Positions 13,301-20,502 of a stretch of DNA of 64,000 nt are shown one piece after another. This stretch comes from Bacteroidia bacterium (GTDB lineage: Bacteria; Bacteroidota; Bacteroidia; M30B66), in the NCBI GenBank assembly GCA_965279035.1, contig OZ257142.1, positions 160,001-224,000 of the forward strand. Direction: 5' to 3'. The translations under genes were made by a program, and so were the position numbers. The number at the start of each line of letters is the position of its first letter. Position 1 is the first letter of the stretch. The notes beneath the pieces are model-generated. The model was not told where the DNA came from. It made no database searches and was given only the letters and a program-made list of their open reading frames with translations.

Positions 13301-14494
13301 AATGAAGGTATTTGTAGAATTAATTAAACCTTGTGTAAACGTTAAAGTTCCAGAAACAGTACCTGTACTAGTACCACTCAAAACCGAATTGGCATTTAAA
13401 AAAGTAACACCACCCGTACTATTATTATTAACTGTTAATCCTGCAAAGTTCGCAGTTGGTGAAGCAGCTAAGTTACGGAATGAACCAGAACCAGTAATAG
13501 ATTGAGCTACAGTAGCTGGAGCCAAAGTTCCAGTTCCAGAACTGTTTGCAAAGGCAAATGTACCTGTAGTTGTTAATGTTCCATTGACAACCGTATTACC
13601 AGCAACTGAAAGTACACCAGTATTTCGGTAATCACCAGCTGTGATAGTTAGATCTTTTTGTACACCAACATATTGAGTAGTATATTGTTGTGTAACCAAA
13701 GTACGGTTACCAGAACCAGCAATATTGATAATTAAATTACCATATAATACGCGAGTTGAACCTACATATGTTTCTTGAACAAAACCACCTGTATTGGCAG
13801 TTGCATCGGTAGAAACACCATCACCCAATTGGAAGGTGTGATTCACACCAAGAGCCATACTTACAGAACCTAAATATGCAAATGCTCTTCCTAATGAATT
13901 ACTATTCACTACGTGGGGGTCAACAATGATGATTGATCCACCAGTAAGGTTTAGGTTAGTTGCAACTGAAGCAGTAAAACCAACAATGTTAGTTCCGGAA
14001 GCTACTGAAGTAGCAACGTTTCCATTGTCATTACCATCTACCTTTAATGTTCCAGCAGATTGGTCAAAACGACCACCTGAAGCAAGAGTAAAGGCACCAT
14101 TTACGATTACCGTTCCACCTGTAAGGTTGAAACGACCACCTGAGTTAATAGTAAAAGCAGAGTTGAACTGTGCTGCAATAGCAACAGTAAGGGTATTCGC
14201 TCCAACATTTAGTGTTCCAGCATTGATTACCAATGAACGAACAGAAGCGCTTCCCGATAAAGTCATTACAGAACTATTCTGAATAACGAAATCGTCAGCA
14301 TTGGAGATTGAACCTGGGTTGGTACCAGATAAACCATTTGTTGCAGTTACCCAACTTGCGACATTGTTAAAGTCTGTTGCAGAGGGGACCGAGTAATACG
14401 TGGTGGCTTGGAGCCAGCCGACCATCAAGAGAAAGATCCCCGTCAGGAGAAAACTTTTTCTTTGCCGGCGAAACAAATGTGTAGTTGTTTGCAT
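4346..14494 (-). CDS. Giant (3382 aa) T9SS type A surface protein/adhesin: duplicated beta-rich N-terminal modules, two GEVED domains, Ig-like domains, PKD, CTD
   Basis: Signal peptide; GEVED motifs (IWFDFNRDGDF...GTVVDY; VWIDFNNDGVF...GETEDY); Ig-like RCGIGSV.L.A...YY; PKD FIWNFGDG...HAY..PGIYTVTL; IYPNPA...GVYEV CTD; S/T/G/A-rich composition. Confidence 0.88.
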   Translation of the reverse strand: MQTTTHLFRRQRKSFLLTGIFLLMVGWLQATTYYSVPSATDFNNVASWVTATNGLSGTNPGSISNADDFVIQNSSVMTLSGSASVRSLVINAGTLNVGANTLTVAIAAQFNSAFTINSGGRFNLTGGTVIVNGAFTLASGGRFDQSAGTLKVDGNDNGNVATSVASGTNIVGFTASVATNLNLTGGSIIIVDPHVVNSNSLGRAFAYLGSVSMALGVNHTFQLGDGVSTDATANTGGFVQETYVGSTRVLYGNLIINIAGSGNRTLVTQQYTTQYVGVQKDLTITAGDYRNTGVLSVAGNTVVNGTLTTTGTFAFANSSGTGTLAPATVAQSITGSGSFRNLAASPTANFAGLTVNNNSTGGVTFLNANSVLSGTSTGTVSGTLTFTQGLINSTNTFIQGISTASAGTLSWTSGGFASGTTFRRWVTTTTITTAASATANFFPMVSGTSSRMVRLNRNTTGSTNVAGWVECTHTNTAGLTADGYTDGAYVLSQRTNSLWLFASGGGYTATGNIHMALCGDGLIVTAAAPSTAPRIMQVGAAAGTHLAATGTSAIPFGCRTFTGAASTPFSGSQYLGINTADIGLYSVASAAWNVGSTWSTGSVPTSSDNPLITSGTTVTVNAAAAAALTVAVNGTLVVSGNTLTVTGASGTGISLGAGGVLNVSGGTINIGPQDNSFCNRTLNLGNGSTLNLSSGTINLAGNLATTSGMILNQSGGNFNVDGNANNVTANSTSSVLFNLNVSSLTSVNLTGGTLTFIDPPANAVNTITLSGSLNGNVNVTSGHTIRFGDGTSSTAASATAWNVNTWSSTTGMVFGNVIVNGPTGTNRFVTSTYQQPILGDFTINTGGDSRIASPYVAGSILVNGTLTTSGTLGFITAGFLDVSSLVFSNATGAQTIGGSGTIQNLTASPTGNLANLIVQNSNATGVTLNVPLSVTGSITLNAGKVNTTLTNILTHKSTTSGNTFTGATTAGYVSGPMIRVIPASSTNFTAWLPVGKTASNWLAIFNATTNAGGPVSIQAETNNSVGLPNTFIGIVSLNPNREWVTSIASGSANFVSYSVQGHDAAMVSGNTLVGIQSPATDFSILGSGSTFNAGSVPLGAFLANPPPVLAASTFPDRIAFGQTGPLDVAAVSINQTGVAAISATTNVGATNVNQTRMNIQSVGSTGTITLTDCIFNFTGTAAPSEITSATLWTGTFGAPVAQIGGAVSVVAGQISFTGLTTNIASGSNYFWVRFNVSGTAIIGNTLDLTLDKTNLTFTLAGGATNSLTAGTISDAGNVLIDYCLPVFTNACSSLDYLTAFSLNTISTTPNCPGALPNNYALNAATTTLQQGNAYTANFTTGSGGAQGVGIWFDFNRDGDFLDAGEFFGTAGTTAASSSGTLGVTIDPLAFTGPGCRMRVMNRYNTTFVQTDVCLNPINYGTVVDYSVTIASPTPRSLNAITSVQQTGGMGASSTNNNLLRVDLSTTGSLGTITLTQAKFTYTGVSSADIAALGVSLWTGTSAAPTAQIGTSQTIAAGVVNFTGLSVSVGATSYLWLRVNTSAGAVIGNLVDAKIVAGDMSFTAAGGATATGSQPSADVDPAGNRYIDYCTPTYSSGCSSGDEITNVSMNGASINLSNSSGCSASPYYTYFSAVNKPDLFQGSTYNLSATFGSDGNQYLGVWIDFNNDGVFATTEFFGSTTSPGGGGTSTISIVVPIAGSTGNLRMRVRGGNDSQLSSNQACGASSSGYGETEDYIVTILPPPNCSTLLPFPATAATASPTSVCAGSSVNFGITVPMPVGLGITYQWRRNGVAFGVPQTSASVSLPVTLSGNYDVEVKCNGTTQVTSSTIAITAYNPQVLGVTNGTRCGIGSVNLNATSSAGSDLRYYDASTGGTLLATRTSGVAYATATLPGPSSTNYYVEAFTILGSGTSGAVSPAIGSFGTSFNGVYQVFTTSAPVKILSIDLFPTAAGTAQIELQDNLGNTVLSYSQVITAGDANSTGSFVGTPLTVPLNFDVPVGTDWQLVYVTGPVCLRNSAGAAGYYGTPSNNVTFTDNWVGSTSYWYNLYNWQIEKSCSSVRSLVTATVTAAPSISTTPTTSVSICEGDATTLQVSSTNLTYVYTWTPGPVVGSSVSVSPITTTSYTVNGVTSLGCTNSKTITVRVNPKPATPTSVTSIPSGSPITFCPNTNGTFTPVQINATATPLVTTLFFDDFAFGAGLGWQTAFTQVVPAEVLGALSRWTFPSAPPAYTYPGYPQTFNSTGSFAVAIGDAQGASSSGATATLTSPNASISISSAATSVVLTYDVSYNAYPADVFQVLYSTDNLTWTPIAASVLSDATDVPTTLGDFQTMTVTIPPAAYAGGVSNFRIRFSYYSEWGYWVAVDNVQVNETISTPQFSFSPAGGLFNDVAASSAYVANTPVSTVYAAPFNNSVYSVKVTNPGTGCQSNALTLPVNVCSVVTDQICNAASVTVLDAPPASLASVVNRTNLGAPITGSLAGLCTLLKSDVWYKSVIPASGDIHVYTFDANNAVTTFDLDSTVVAIYSSSDGTCTGTLTQLGCDAFNGVDGHTYVSASGLTPGSNVFIRVGSRQANIAPPVGFFKLLVMSGLYWSGNAGDYVFLNPSNWYGGDLTTTGILPSISKSIIIPQSATNNYPYVIGTQDVHGINFYYNTLTANAARITIDPAAKLRINSSLQRGGFVSAQGNPFILANPHVAGTGVLEFVNTNVNPLYNIHNINTPSTSYQIIIEGALGVKTNAQLNSNGKLSFINNSVLLSGGVKTTNPSYNYGGTVNGSIIYRRSGSVYGMYDYWSSPISNGNTTCLATSYGSNLYTYNNTAPGAGANVQLGWGTALSPSTAMQIGRGYIQTYAGNGNVVFNGLPNQVSFDYTPTITGANNFNLIGNPFPSSLKINELRARGTNSGTLGSIYLWNQSGNIPFSTGDYVVINSSNLAAGGTPPSGYSVAALELGACQAFMTDVQNTNDITFSCEDRVPTYPVNSTQFFDVTSNISLVRLDLKNSVGTAVNTVVAFSETSSDQFVGGEDSPRMPGTTGFDIYSKLDNQDLVIQMFSPLQATRIVDLGTSMTTNGEYTISMTEYVDFDPSTRVFLEDRATGTFQGLNSNPNYTFTTDPSFQGVRFRLHFMAPVNMASSSTCVGETNGKLIVSNSNMAYPMTAVLKNNNGETVSNSGQFVGEHIFQNLSSGSYTVDMSYVDGSVFSLSSNIGVSGVLSPASFIASSNTVQLADAIIEFAATAPGATEFIWNFGDGTIETTSATPVHAYMQPGIYTVTLTALSGGCSSTATSVVSVTDNTTGIANVGNSKGFSIYPNPANEAAKLLLNVDLKDAQATISITDAAGRLVNKHNLTNLRSGAIVELDINGLANGVYEVSIDSKNFRSVGRLTIAK

Positions 14495-14563
14495 GGTTTT
14501 GTGTTTAGTGGTTGTTTTTAAAAAGGTGGTTGTTGAGTATATATAGAGACTAAACTAGGATGT

Positions 14564-15343
14564 TTAGGATTTGCTTTTTTTAACGGCTTTCCCCGGTCTT
14601 AATTCTGGAGCAAAGGCGTTACAGAGTGCTAGAGCGTCGGAGAAAAATTCAGGTCCCACTTGTTTGGCTTTCATAATATCTGTTGCTCTGCTTGGGCGAG
14701 CAAACAACCAACGGTTAAACAAGGACATATATGCCAACATCGCATTGGGAGAATCGGCAGGGAGAGCATCGCGGGTTATGTTTTTAGATGAAGGAACATC
14801 TAATTCCTCATCCATAATACATACATTTCCCATCAATACTTGTTGTTTAATAAACGATTGATGGTTTTCAACAAAGGTTGAATTTAGAAAACAATAATTC
14901 CAATCAGCAAATAGGATATTTTGTTTGTTTTCAATATCAGTTAAGCCCAACAAATCAGATTGAATATTAAAAAATTGATTTTTAAATGATTCAATTGAAT
15001 ATTTTGAGTTAATCTGATGAATTCTTTCCAATATAGAATTCCACTCTTCATGTGTGTAATCTATATAATTCCCATCACTTGTTATTTGGATTGGAATAGG
15101 TAAAACAAGAGAAGATAAAATTGGGTCTTTTAAAGAATTAGAAAAAGCTGAATTTGAAAAAACAGAATACAAATCGATGCTACTATCTAATTGAAAAGTT
15201 TTAAAGCCATATTTAGTTGTTTTGCTTGAAGCTCCATCCCCACTTTCAGATTTATCTGCATTAGAAATTGGTACTTGTGCAGAAAGAATAGAGCAAGAAA
15301 ACAACATTGCCCCCATAAATAGAATTGCCAATTGAAAACGCAT
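14564..15343 (-). CDS. Hypothetical exported protein
   Basis: Long ORF with a signal-peptide-like start MRFQLAILFMGAMLFSCSILSAQ at 15343. The start is uncertain (15394 or 15403 possible). A -7 element lies at 15429-15436. Confidence 0.6.
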   Translation of the reverse strand: MRFQLAILFMGAMLFSCSILSAQVPISNADKSESGDGASSKTTKYGFKTFQLDSSIDLYSVFSNSAFSNSLKDPILSSLVLPIPIQITSDGNYIDYTHEEWNSILERIHQINSKYSIESFKNQFFNIQSDLLGLTDIENKQNILFADWNYCFLNSTFVENHQSFIKQQVLMGNVCIMDEELDVPSSKNITRDALPADSPNAMLAYMSLFNRWLFARPSRATDIMKAKQVGPEFFSDALALCNAFAPELRPGKAVKKSKS

Positions 15344-15428
15344 GAAAGCTGCGCTGGCAGTGGAAAGTTTAGAAAAAATTACGCGTGAGTACATAAAAAT
15401 CATCTCGTTCAACACTTTTCGGTAACTC

Positions 15429-15436
15429 CAAATATA
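15429..15436 (-). promoter_or_regulatory. -7 promoter element (TATATTTG)
   Basis: CAAATATA on +; positioned to drive the hypothetical gene and possibly the giant gene. Confidence 0.45.
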
Positions 15437-15749
15437 CAAAAAGATAAAATCAAACATGCAAGAAATAACTTTATTTTTTATCGGTAAACGTATATAAGTT
15501 GTATTGCATTTTCTTACTTGATGCCTGATGATTGTCTATAATCGGCATGTTTAAACAAAAGTTAAAATTAAATGTGGTTGCACTTGGATTTTAACAAGCA
15601 TTATTTGGGAAGTAAGAAAATAAGGGTTCGGTGATATTTTAGAATCCCATCCACGAATATGAATCAGATTGCAGCCCCCTTGAGTGAATTGGTTACTTTT
15701 ATAGCAAATCCAAATTCAAGATACTATCAGGCAAAACATACATATATAT

Positions 15750-17561
15750 ATGTACCGTTCATTTCGAAATCATTTTTACTCATTCCTCCTGATATTGCTG
15801 GCTTGCACCGCATGTTCTCAGAAATTAAACGCACAATTTGTACTCTATACCGATACCATTTTCCAAGCCTGCGATAGCATTCCATTCGTAATGGGATTGA
15901 ACGAAGAACCTGGATACCAGTATTCTTGGAGTCCACAATTACATCTTCAATCACCCGATAGTTCAAAAACCAGCGCTCTGCTCGAAAACAATACATCAAA
16001 CAATACGGTTTATCTCGTATACACTCAAACCATCTCCGATTCACAAGGTACAGTTGTTCATATTCGTACCTACGAGATTTATGTAAGCAAAATCACAGAG
16101 ATTCAAATTCAATTGGGTAATTACCCTTTATGTAAAGGAGATACGTTTATACTATCTCGACCACCCGGTTTAACAGGTAATTTAGAAATTCGGCCCACTG
16201 CTACTTCCTTTGGTGGAGTAAATGATGATCTTATTTATTTTTGGCCATCGGATACTACTCAGTACGAAATTATCTCGATTGATTCCTTGTACTGTGGACG
16301 CGTGACCTTCTTTATGGAGATCGATGTGAAAGATTTTACTCCTGCTACACTTAGTGCTAGTCAAACTTTTTTCTGCGAAGGAGGAGCCGACGACACAACG
16401 CAAATTGTTGCCATTCCACCTGGAGGTTCTTTTGGAGGACTTGGAGTGAATCAAGCCGGGATATTCAATGCTTCCATTGCTGGTTCGGGTGAACATTCAA
16501 TTATTTATTTCAGTTTTGAAAACGGCTGTGTTTCTTCCGATACACTGATTATCGAAGTGGCAACAGAGAATTCGGTAACAATAGATGGATTAACGAATCT
16601 TTGTGCGACCGATACCATCCTTGAATTAAGTTATGGACATCCTTCGGGTGGAACCTATTTAATAGATGGGGAGCCCAAAACGGGAAGTTTTAATCCGTCC
16701 GTACTAGGATCGGGCTCACATACCTTAACCTATTCGTATATATGGGAAGGCAATTGTACGTTTACCAAGGAGCAGGTTTTTTTCATCATTCCCATTCCAC
16801 CGAAACCTATACTTGAAGCACCCGATGGTCTGCTTGCCTGTGAAGGAGATTCACTCACATTAAGAACAACACTGTTCCCCACCTATTTCTGGAGTACAGG
16901 ACAAGTTTCTCCTGAAATTGAGGTCAAAACTAGTGGACACTACTCCGTTTTTTTTCGAAGTAATATAGGCTGCTATTCCTATTCCGACACGCTCAATGTG
17001 GTGATTTCGCCTGCCTTCACAATGGACTTAACTTCTCCCCTATTTGATAATGGCTTTGCGATTAGTCAATACGGAGCAACAGATGGTAGTATTGAAATTC
17101 AAGTACAAGGTGGATTGAGTCCCTTTCAGATTGATGTTAGTCCGAATGTTGGAACGGTTGATCAGTGGACTATTAGTGATTTAAATGCAGGATTTTACAC
17201 GATAACACTAAGCGATCAAGTTGGTTGTACCTCATTTGACACCTTGAGTTTGTTTCAACCCGATTTTGTACCGGAACCCATTGATTCCAGCTTACGAATT
17301 CCAAATGCCTTTACTCCAAATGGTGATGGGCATAACGACTTTTTCGTGATTCAAGGCTTGATTCCGAAATATGCGAAGAATACGTTCCGCGTATGGAATA
17401 TTAGTCGACAGTTGGTTTATAGCACAAGTGATTATACCAATACTTGGGATGGCAAAGACAACCAAGGAGTTAAACTTCCGGCAGGTACTTATTTCGCTGT
17501 ATTTACAAGTGAGAGCTTAACTGGAGTTGCTAAAACTTATATTGATATTCGATATGAGTAG
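15750..17561 (+). CDS. T9SS type B (gliding-motility-associated/CHU_C CTD) protein with Ig-like and SprB-like repeats
   Basis: C-terminal IPNAFTPNGDGHNDFF...WDG...GTYF; SprB-like DGSIEIQVQGGLSPF...LNAGFYTITLSDQVGC; repeated PPGG/PSGG...GSGxH units. Confidence 0.85.
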   Translation: MYRSFRNHFYSFLLILLACTACSQKLNAQFVLYTDTIFQACDSIPFVMGLNEEPGYQYSWSPQLHLQSPDSSKTSALLENNTSNNTVYLVYTQTISDSQGTVVHIRTYEIYVSKITEIQIQLGNYPLCKGDTFILSRPPGLTGNLEIRPTATSFGGVNDDLIYFWPSDTTQYEIISIDSLYCGRVTFFMEIDVKDFTPATLSASQTFFCEGGADDTTQIVAIPPGGSFGGLGVNQAGIFNASIAGSGEHSIIYFSFENGCVSSDTLIIEVATENSVTIDGLTNLCATDTILELSYGHPSGGTYLIDGEPKTGSFNPSVLGSGSHTLTYSYIWEGNCTFTKEQVFFIIPIPPKPILEAPDGLLACEGDSLTLRTTLFPTYFWSTGQVSPEIEVKTSGHYSVFFRSNIGCYSYSDTLNVVISPAFTMDLTSPLFDNGFAISQYGATDGSIEIQVQGGLSPFQIDVSPNVGTVDQWTISDLNAGFYTITLSDQVGCTSFDTLSLFQPDFVPEPIDSSLRIPNAFTPNGDGHNDFFVIQGLIPKYAKNTFRVWNISRQLVYSTSDYTNTWDGKDNQGVKLPAGTYFAVFTSESLTGVAKTYIDIRYE

Positions 17562-17590
17562 AAGGAGCGATTCATTTTCGCATGATTGCT

Positions 17591-18154
17591 ATGAGTGAAA
17601 TGCCGAATCCTTCACACTGGGTTGAATTGTATGGGGATGATTTATTTTCATACGCTCGTTGGAAAGTAGCAGATGAAGAAAGTGCGCAAGACTTAGTACA
17701 AGAAACGTTTTTGTCGGCATTGAAATCTCTTTCAACATTCCGAGGCGAATCGCAGGAAAAGACATGGCTATTCTCTATTTTGAAGCATAAGATCAGCGAT
17801 CATTATCGAAAACTCTATGCACGTGCACCACATGAGTCGTTAGAGAAAGGTGAAGAAAAAATTCAAAACTGGTTTTCAGAAGATGGCCATTGGAAGGCAG
17901 AACGTAAACCACATGTCTGGAAATCGGATGAAAAAGACGTATTGGAAAGTAAAGAGTTTTACACCATTTTAAGTAGCTGTCGCGATAAACTTAACAAACA
18001 ACAACAGGTCATTTTTGCCTTAAAGTATTTAGAAGATCGCGATGCAGATGAAATCTGTAAGGAACTTTCAATATCCACGTCCAATTACTGGGTGATAATC
18101 CACCGAGCGCGTCTGCAGCTTCGCGAGTGCTTAGAAATTAACTGGTTGAGATAA
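17591..18154 (+). CDS. ECF sigma-70 family RNA polymerase sigma factor
   Basis: AQDLVQETFL, FRGESQEKTWLFSILKHK (region 2) and EICKELSISTSNYWVIIHRAR (region 4); alternative start at 17582. Confidence 0.92.
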   Translation: MSEMPNPSHWVELYGDDLFSYARWKVADEESAQDLVQETFLSALKSLSTFRGESQEKTWLFSILKHKISDHYRKLYARAPHESLEKGEEKIQNWFSEDGHWKAERKPHVWKSDEKDVLESKEFYTILSSCRDKLNKQQQVIFALKYLEDRDADEICKELSISTSNYWVIIHRARLQLRECLEINWLR

Positions 18155-18157
18155 TAT

Positions 18158-18418
18158 ATGGCTCGATTAAACATCAAGTGTAAAGAAGCCACAGCCTTGG
18201 TTTTGAAAAAGGAGAGTAGTTCTCTTCCTCTTCAAGATCGATTCCGCTTATGGATGCATTTGATCATTTGTTCCTGGTGCCGTTTGTTTGTGAAACAAAA
18301 TCGAATGCTTCACACAGCCATGAGCCAAGAAGGGCCGCATGTGAAGCTAGATCCTGAATTCAAGAAAAAGATAGAGGAAAGCCTGGGGCGGGGGGGCTCG
18401 GACTTACCCTCGGACTGA
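18158..18418 (+). CDS. zf-HC2 (zinc-binding anti-sigma-like) protein; stop codon lies inside a palindromic repeat
   Basis: CKEA...HLIICSWC (H-x3-C-x2-C), directly after the ECF sigma gene. Confidence 0.85.
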   Translation: MARLNIKCKEATALVLKKESSSLPLQDRFRLWMHLIICSWCRLFVKQNRMLHTAMSQEGPHVKLDPEFKKKIEESLGRGGSDLPSD

Positions 18419-18492
18419 AGTCCGGGGTTGCTGGGGGGGGGAGAGCTGAATTTTAGATGCGGTGATGGGCAGCCTCGGACTTCAGTCCGGGG
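18397..18492. repeat. REP-like inverted doublet: palindrome 18408-18427, 45-nt spacer, inverted palindrome 18473-18492, plus a partial copy at 18397-18405
   Basis: CCTCGGACTGAAGTCCGGGG ... CCTCGGACTTCAGTCCGGGG; spacer is homologous to those flanking the HUH gene. Confidence 0.9.
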
Positions 18493-20393
18493 GTTTTTGA
18501 CGAAATTGATAGAGCTGTATTATAAATAGCATCTGCATCGTAGCCGCATTCAGCCCAGAGTTCGGGTTGTGTGCCATGTTCCACAATGCTATCGGGAATT
18601 CCAAGTCGTTTTACGCGGGCAGAATATCCATGATCAGCCATAAATTCTAAAACGGCAGATCCGAAACCACCTTGAACGCAGCCATCCTCAACAGTAATGA
18701 TGTATTTGTAGTGTTTGAAGATAGTATGAAGCAATTCTTCGTCGATGGGTTTTACGAAACGCATATCGTATAAGCCAACGTCAAGGCCATTTTCAACCAA
18801 ACGATCAACCGCTACAGAAGCCATATTTCCCATGTGGCCAATGCTTAAAATAGCAAGGTCTTTTCCTGTACGCAACGTTCTTCCTTTCCCAATTTCGAGA
18901 AGTTGAAGTGGTTTTTTCCAGTCTATCATCACTCCGTTTCCGCGTGGATAACGAATACTGAATGGTGCTGGCGTTTTGTAAGCGGTGAACATGAGATTCC
19001 GAAGCTCTTCTTCATTCATAGGAGCAGAAACAATCATGTTGGGTATGCAGCGCATGTAGGCAATGTCATATGCACCATGATGCGTAGGTCCATCGGCACC
19101 CGCCAATCCACCGCGATCGAGGCAAAATACAACATGCAAATTTTGAATGGCTACATCGTGAATCACTTGATCATACGCACGTTGCATGAATGAACTGTAA
19201 ATATTACAGAAGGGAATCATACCTTGTGTAGCCAAACCTGCAGAAAAAGTAACGGCATGTTGCTCACAAATCCCCACATCGAAAGCACGATCGGGAATTT
19301 CCTTCATCATAATATTAAGCGAACAACCCGAAGGCATTGCAGGTGTAATTCCAACAACTCGCGCATCTTCTTTTGCTATCTCAACTAAAGTATGACCGAA
19401 AACATCTTGGTACTTAGGCGGTTCTGGTCCTTTTTTGGGTGCTTTAATTATTTCACCCGTGTCTTTATTGAATAATCCCGGAGCATGCCATAATGTTTGG
19501 TCTTCCTCAGCAAGCTTGTATCCTTTGCCTTTCACCGTAAGCACGTGCAGAAGTTTAGGTCCGGGAATGTCTTTGAGGTCATTCATCACCTGAACCAAAC
19601 GATTCACGTCATGTCCATCAACCGGTCCGAAATAGCGGAAATTCAATGATTCGAAAAGGTTGCTTTGCTGAAGAACAGCACTCTTGATTGCATTTTCTAC
19701 CTTTTGAACGATGGCTTGAGCATTCGGTCCAAACTTGGAGATTTTCCCAAGCAGATTCCACACTTCATCTTTCACACGGTTGTAAGTGTGTGAAGTGGTA
19801 ATATCCGTAAGATATTCTTTCAATGCACCAACATTGGGATCGATCGACATACAGTTGTCGTTCAAAATCACCAACATATTATTATTAGAAGCACCCGCAT
19901 TGTTCAAGGCTTCGAATGCCATTCCACCTGTAAGCGCCCCATCTCCAATAACAGCAATGTGTTGACGTTTGGTATCCCCTTTCAAATGTGAAGCGATAGC
20001 CATTCCGAGTGTCGCCGAAATAGATGTTGAACTGTGCCCAACTCCAAAAGTATCGTATTCGCTTTCTTTCCGTTTAGGGAAACCGCTAATTCCTCCGTAG
20101 ATCCGATTTGTATGAAATATTTCTCTACGACCAGTCAGCATTTTATGCCCATAGGCCTGATGTCCAACATCCCAAACGAGTTGATCGTCGGGAGTATTGA
20201 ATGCATAATGCAAAGCAACTGAAAGTTCAACTGTTCCTAGGCTAGCGCCAAAGTGCCCTCCTTTTACAGATACAATATCGATGATGTATTGACGTAACTC
20301 ATTGCAGATTTGCACGAGATCGTCTTCTTTGAATCGTCTTAGATCGGCAGGAGAGTCGATCTGAGCAAGCAATTCACCTGGAATAATGTTCAT
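18453..20393 (-). CDS. dxs: 1-deoxy-D-xylulose-5-phosphate synthase
   Basis: GGHFGASLG, WDVGHQAYGHK, GDGALTGGMAFEALNN, DVGICEQHA, DRGGLAGADGPTHHG. True start is ATG 20393; the ORF-track extension to 20564 is repeat DNA. Confidence 0.97.
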   Translation of the reverse strand: MNIIPGELLAQIDSPADLRRFKEDDLVQICNELRQYIIDIVSVKGGHFGASLGTVELSVALHYAFNTPDDQLVWDVGHQAYGHKMLTGRREIFHTNRIYGGISGFPKRKESEYDTFGVGHSSTSISATLGMAIASHLKGDTKRQHIAVIGDGALTGGMAFEALNNAGASNNNMLVILNDNCMSIDPNVGALKEYLTDITTSHTYNRVKDEVWNLLGKISKFGPNAQAIVQKVENAIKSAVLQQSNLFESLNFRYFGPVDGHDVNRLVQVMNDLKDIPGPKLLHVLTVKGKGYKLAEEDQTLWHAPGLFNKDTGEIIKAPKKGPEPPKYQDVFGHTLVEIAKEDARVVGITPAMPSGCSLNIMMKEIPDRAFDVGICEQHAVTFSAGLATQGMIPFCNIYSSFMQRAYDQVIHDVAIQNLHVVFCLDRGGLAGADGPTHHGAYDIAYMRCIPNMIVSAPMNEEELRNLMFTAYKTPAPFSIRYPRGNGVMIDWKKPLQLLEIGKGRTLRTGKDLAILSIGHMGNMASVAVDRLVENGLDVGLYDMRFVKPIDEELLHTIFKHYKYIITVEDGCVQGGFGSAVLEFMADHGYSARVKRLGIPDSIVEHGTQPELWAECGYDADAIYNTALSISSKTPGLKSEAAHHRI

Positions 20394-20420
20394 AGGCCTG
20401 GTTGACGGCGAGATAGGTTT

Positions 20421-20428
20421 CAAAGGTA
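20421..20428 (-). promoter_or_regulatory. -7 promoter element for dxs (TACCTTTG)
   Basis: CAAAGGTA on +, 27 nt upstream of the dxs ATG. Confidence 0.6.
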
Positions 20429-20502
20429 GTGTATCTGTTGGAAAATATGTTCTGATAAACAGAGAATGGGTGGAAATGTTGTGGGGGAAGGGGATTTTGG
20501 AG

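Noticed and set aside
7878-14282. Several + strand ORFs opposite the giant gene
   Set aside because: Shadow ORFs produced by codon bias of the real minus-strand gene; similar shadows occur over the RND, nrdB and other T9SS genes.
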